The notes beneath the pieces are model-generated. The model worked only from the letters and a program-made list of their open reading frames with translations, ran no database searches and was not told the DNA's origin. Shown here piece after piece: positions 61,742 through 64,000 of a stretch of 64,000 nt of DNA. The first letter of the stretch is position 1. Each line of letters begins with the position of its first letter. This stretch comes from the human T2T-CHM13v2.0 reference genome, Homo sapiens. Position numbers and translations under genes: made by a program. The stretch lies in assembly GCF_009914755.1 (NCBI RefSeq), contig NC_060925.1; one strand, written 5' to 3'.

Positions 61742-62905
61742 CTCTAAGAGAAGAATTGGGAAAAAAAATCAAAGGGAGGAAATTATCAAAGACATCATTC
61801 AAGAAAATTTATCAGAACTGAAAGGCATAAGTTTTCAGATGGAAAAGGCCCATCTAATCCCAGCACAATATGTGAAAATAGAACCACAGAAAAAAACACA
61901 TGTACATGACATTTAAGAACACTGGGGTTTATAAAAGATTTCAGAAAAGAAAACAGGCCATATATAGAGTAGAGAGTCAAAATGTCTAGAATCCAGAAGA
62001 AAATGGAGCAGTGCTTTCAAAATTCTGAGGAAAAATTATTTCCAGCCCAAATTTCACATATTAATTAAGCATAAGGGCAAAATGAAGACGTCTTCAGACA
62101 TGAACTGTCTAAAAATTACCTCCTATGTACAGTTTCTTAGGAAGCTACTGAAGGATGTATACCACCCAAACAAAGGAGATAATGAAAGGAGAGAAAGATA
62201 TAAGAAACAGAAGCTCCAACTCAAGAGAAAAGCATAAAGCATCCCTAGGAGAATGGTGAAGAGATATCCTGGGAAGATAATTATGCAGCAGGCACAGAGA
62301 GCAGCCAAGTCAAATGGAGTAAGTTGGAAATCTCAGGGAAAGATTTCTCCAAAAAGATGAAAATGATAGAATATGTGATGAGCTTGAAACTGTTGAGAGA
62401 TTTAGGCAGTTGGGGAGAGATTGTGGTTGAATTAGTTATAACTACAGAGAAAACCAAGGGGAGGGGGGAAATAAGACAATTATTAACCTCAGAGAAATTA
62501 AAAAGTTGTGCAAGAAAGAATAAATAATCACAATATACTACACAGTTCATCTGCAAATAGTGGTTATTATAATGAAAACTTGGAATTGTGCTCCAACCAG
62601 AATAGAGTGGGCCAATGGAAAGTGTACATAGATATGGTAGTGGTGTGGTGGCGGGGGCAGTGGTGAAAGAAAATTCAATCTTCATCTTTCATGGTAGGAA
62701 GTCAATAGATAATGTCTAACACTGAAATACCAAGAAATAACAATATAAGCATGTTATTTAGAAATAGGAAGATAAATACCAAAAAAGCAGTGTAAGTATT
62801 TGAAAATTGTTGCCTCTGAGGAAAGAAGGATGCAGGGTAAAGCAATATTTTTGCAACAAGGCTTGCAGAATTACTCATCTCTTTAAACTATGAGCACAAT
62901 AACAG

Positions 62906-63301
62906 TGATATAGTTAGGATGTTTGTCCCCTCCAAATCTCATGTTGAAATGCAATCTCCAATGTTGGAAGTGGGACCTAGTGGGAAATGTTTGGGTCATG
63001 AGGGCAGATCCCTCTTGAATGTCTTGGTGCTGTCCTTGTGATAGTGAGTGAGTTCTAGCAAGATCTGGCTGTTTAAAAGAGTGTGGCACCTCCCTGCCCC
63101 TCTCTTTCCATGTGATACTTCGGCTCTCCCTTTGCCTACTGCCGTGATTGGAAGCTTCCTAAGGCCTCATCAGGAGCCAAGCAGATGCTGGCATCATGCT
63201 TCCTGTACAGTCTGCAGAACCACAAGCCAATAGAACCTCTTTTCTTTATAAATTACCCAGTCGCGGGTACTTCTTTATGGCAACACAAATGGACTAACAC
63301 A
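62906..63301 (+). mobile_element. MSTB-type MaLR solo LTR
   Basis: TGATATAGTTAGGATGTTTGTCCCCTCCAAATCTC...GGACTAACACA. Confidence 0.87.
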
Positions 63302-63717
63302 AATGGTAATAGAAATAAAAACTAATTTGAAACCAGAATGAATAAATGAATGAAGAAAGCAAGTAGGAAAGCCATGTACCCTCCCTAAGAAAACTCTTTG
63401 ATGATGAATAAAGAGAAAATAGAACTCATCCAACACATCAAAGCCAAGTAGGAAGGGGACCAGAAGTGAAGCCAGGGAAGAAAGACCACCACTTGAACAT
63501 ATAATTAGATTTGTGAGGAAGAAGCATGGGTCAGTCACCAAGGACTGTCAATTTCATCTTCTGGATGTTTCTTGATTTCATTTACTTTCCTCCAACTTTA
63601 TTCCTGCTATCTCAATTATGGCAACCAGCATCACCCTCCTGTGATCCCTCTGATAAAATACTGTTATGGTTTTTCATTGCTCTTAGCATAAAACCAAGTA
63701 ATTTATCAGGGAAATGA

Positions 63718-64000
<283 letters not shown>

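Larger units (their letters stand above)
59780..62880 (+). mobile_element. Degraded old L1M (5'/ORF1 region and 3' remnants) interrupted by an Alu and two MER1 elements
   Basis: ORF1-like remnants (EEIIKDIIQENLSELK; GCTTTCAAAATTCTGAGG). Confidence 0.6.

Overview
This is primate, almost certainly human, non-coding genomic DNA with no intact protein-coding gene and no prokaryote-type system. It appears to be a mosaic of three parts. (1) 1-1.4 kb holds an LTR7-family (HERV-H) solo LTR with a perfect 5-bp target-site duplication (TSD) and an Alu, followed by a ~4.8-kb (GGAAT)n HSat3-type satellite island (1439-6270). (2) ~6.3 to ~30-33 kb is an Alu-poor block carrying three minus-strand exons of an unprocessed, frameshifted FBXO25 pseudogene. 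These interleave with plus-strand splice-site-bounded segments resembling the LINC01409-type lncRNA, and the block includes a twin-primed (5'-inverted) L1PA. (3) ~34-64 kb is Alu-dense sequence with MaLR/ERV1 LTRs, Tigger/MER DNA transposons and old L1. From memory this architecture fits the segmental-duplication locus at 1q42.11, paralogous to 1p36.33 and derived from 8p23.3; this is unverified and needs BLAT. Structures not explained by repeats are a ~97% identical ~400-bp inverted duplication (46505-47618), a 75-nt hairpin beside a G4-prone VNTR (32745-33755), a 110-bp dispersed direct duplication, and an Alu whose tail is replaced by a snap-back copy of its flank. The long ORFs in the track are satellite, VNTR or Alu artefacts. 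Repeat subfamily calls are by eye and boundaries are approximate unless a TSD is quoted.
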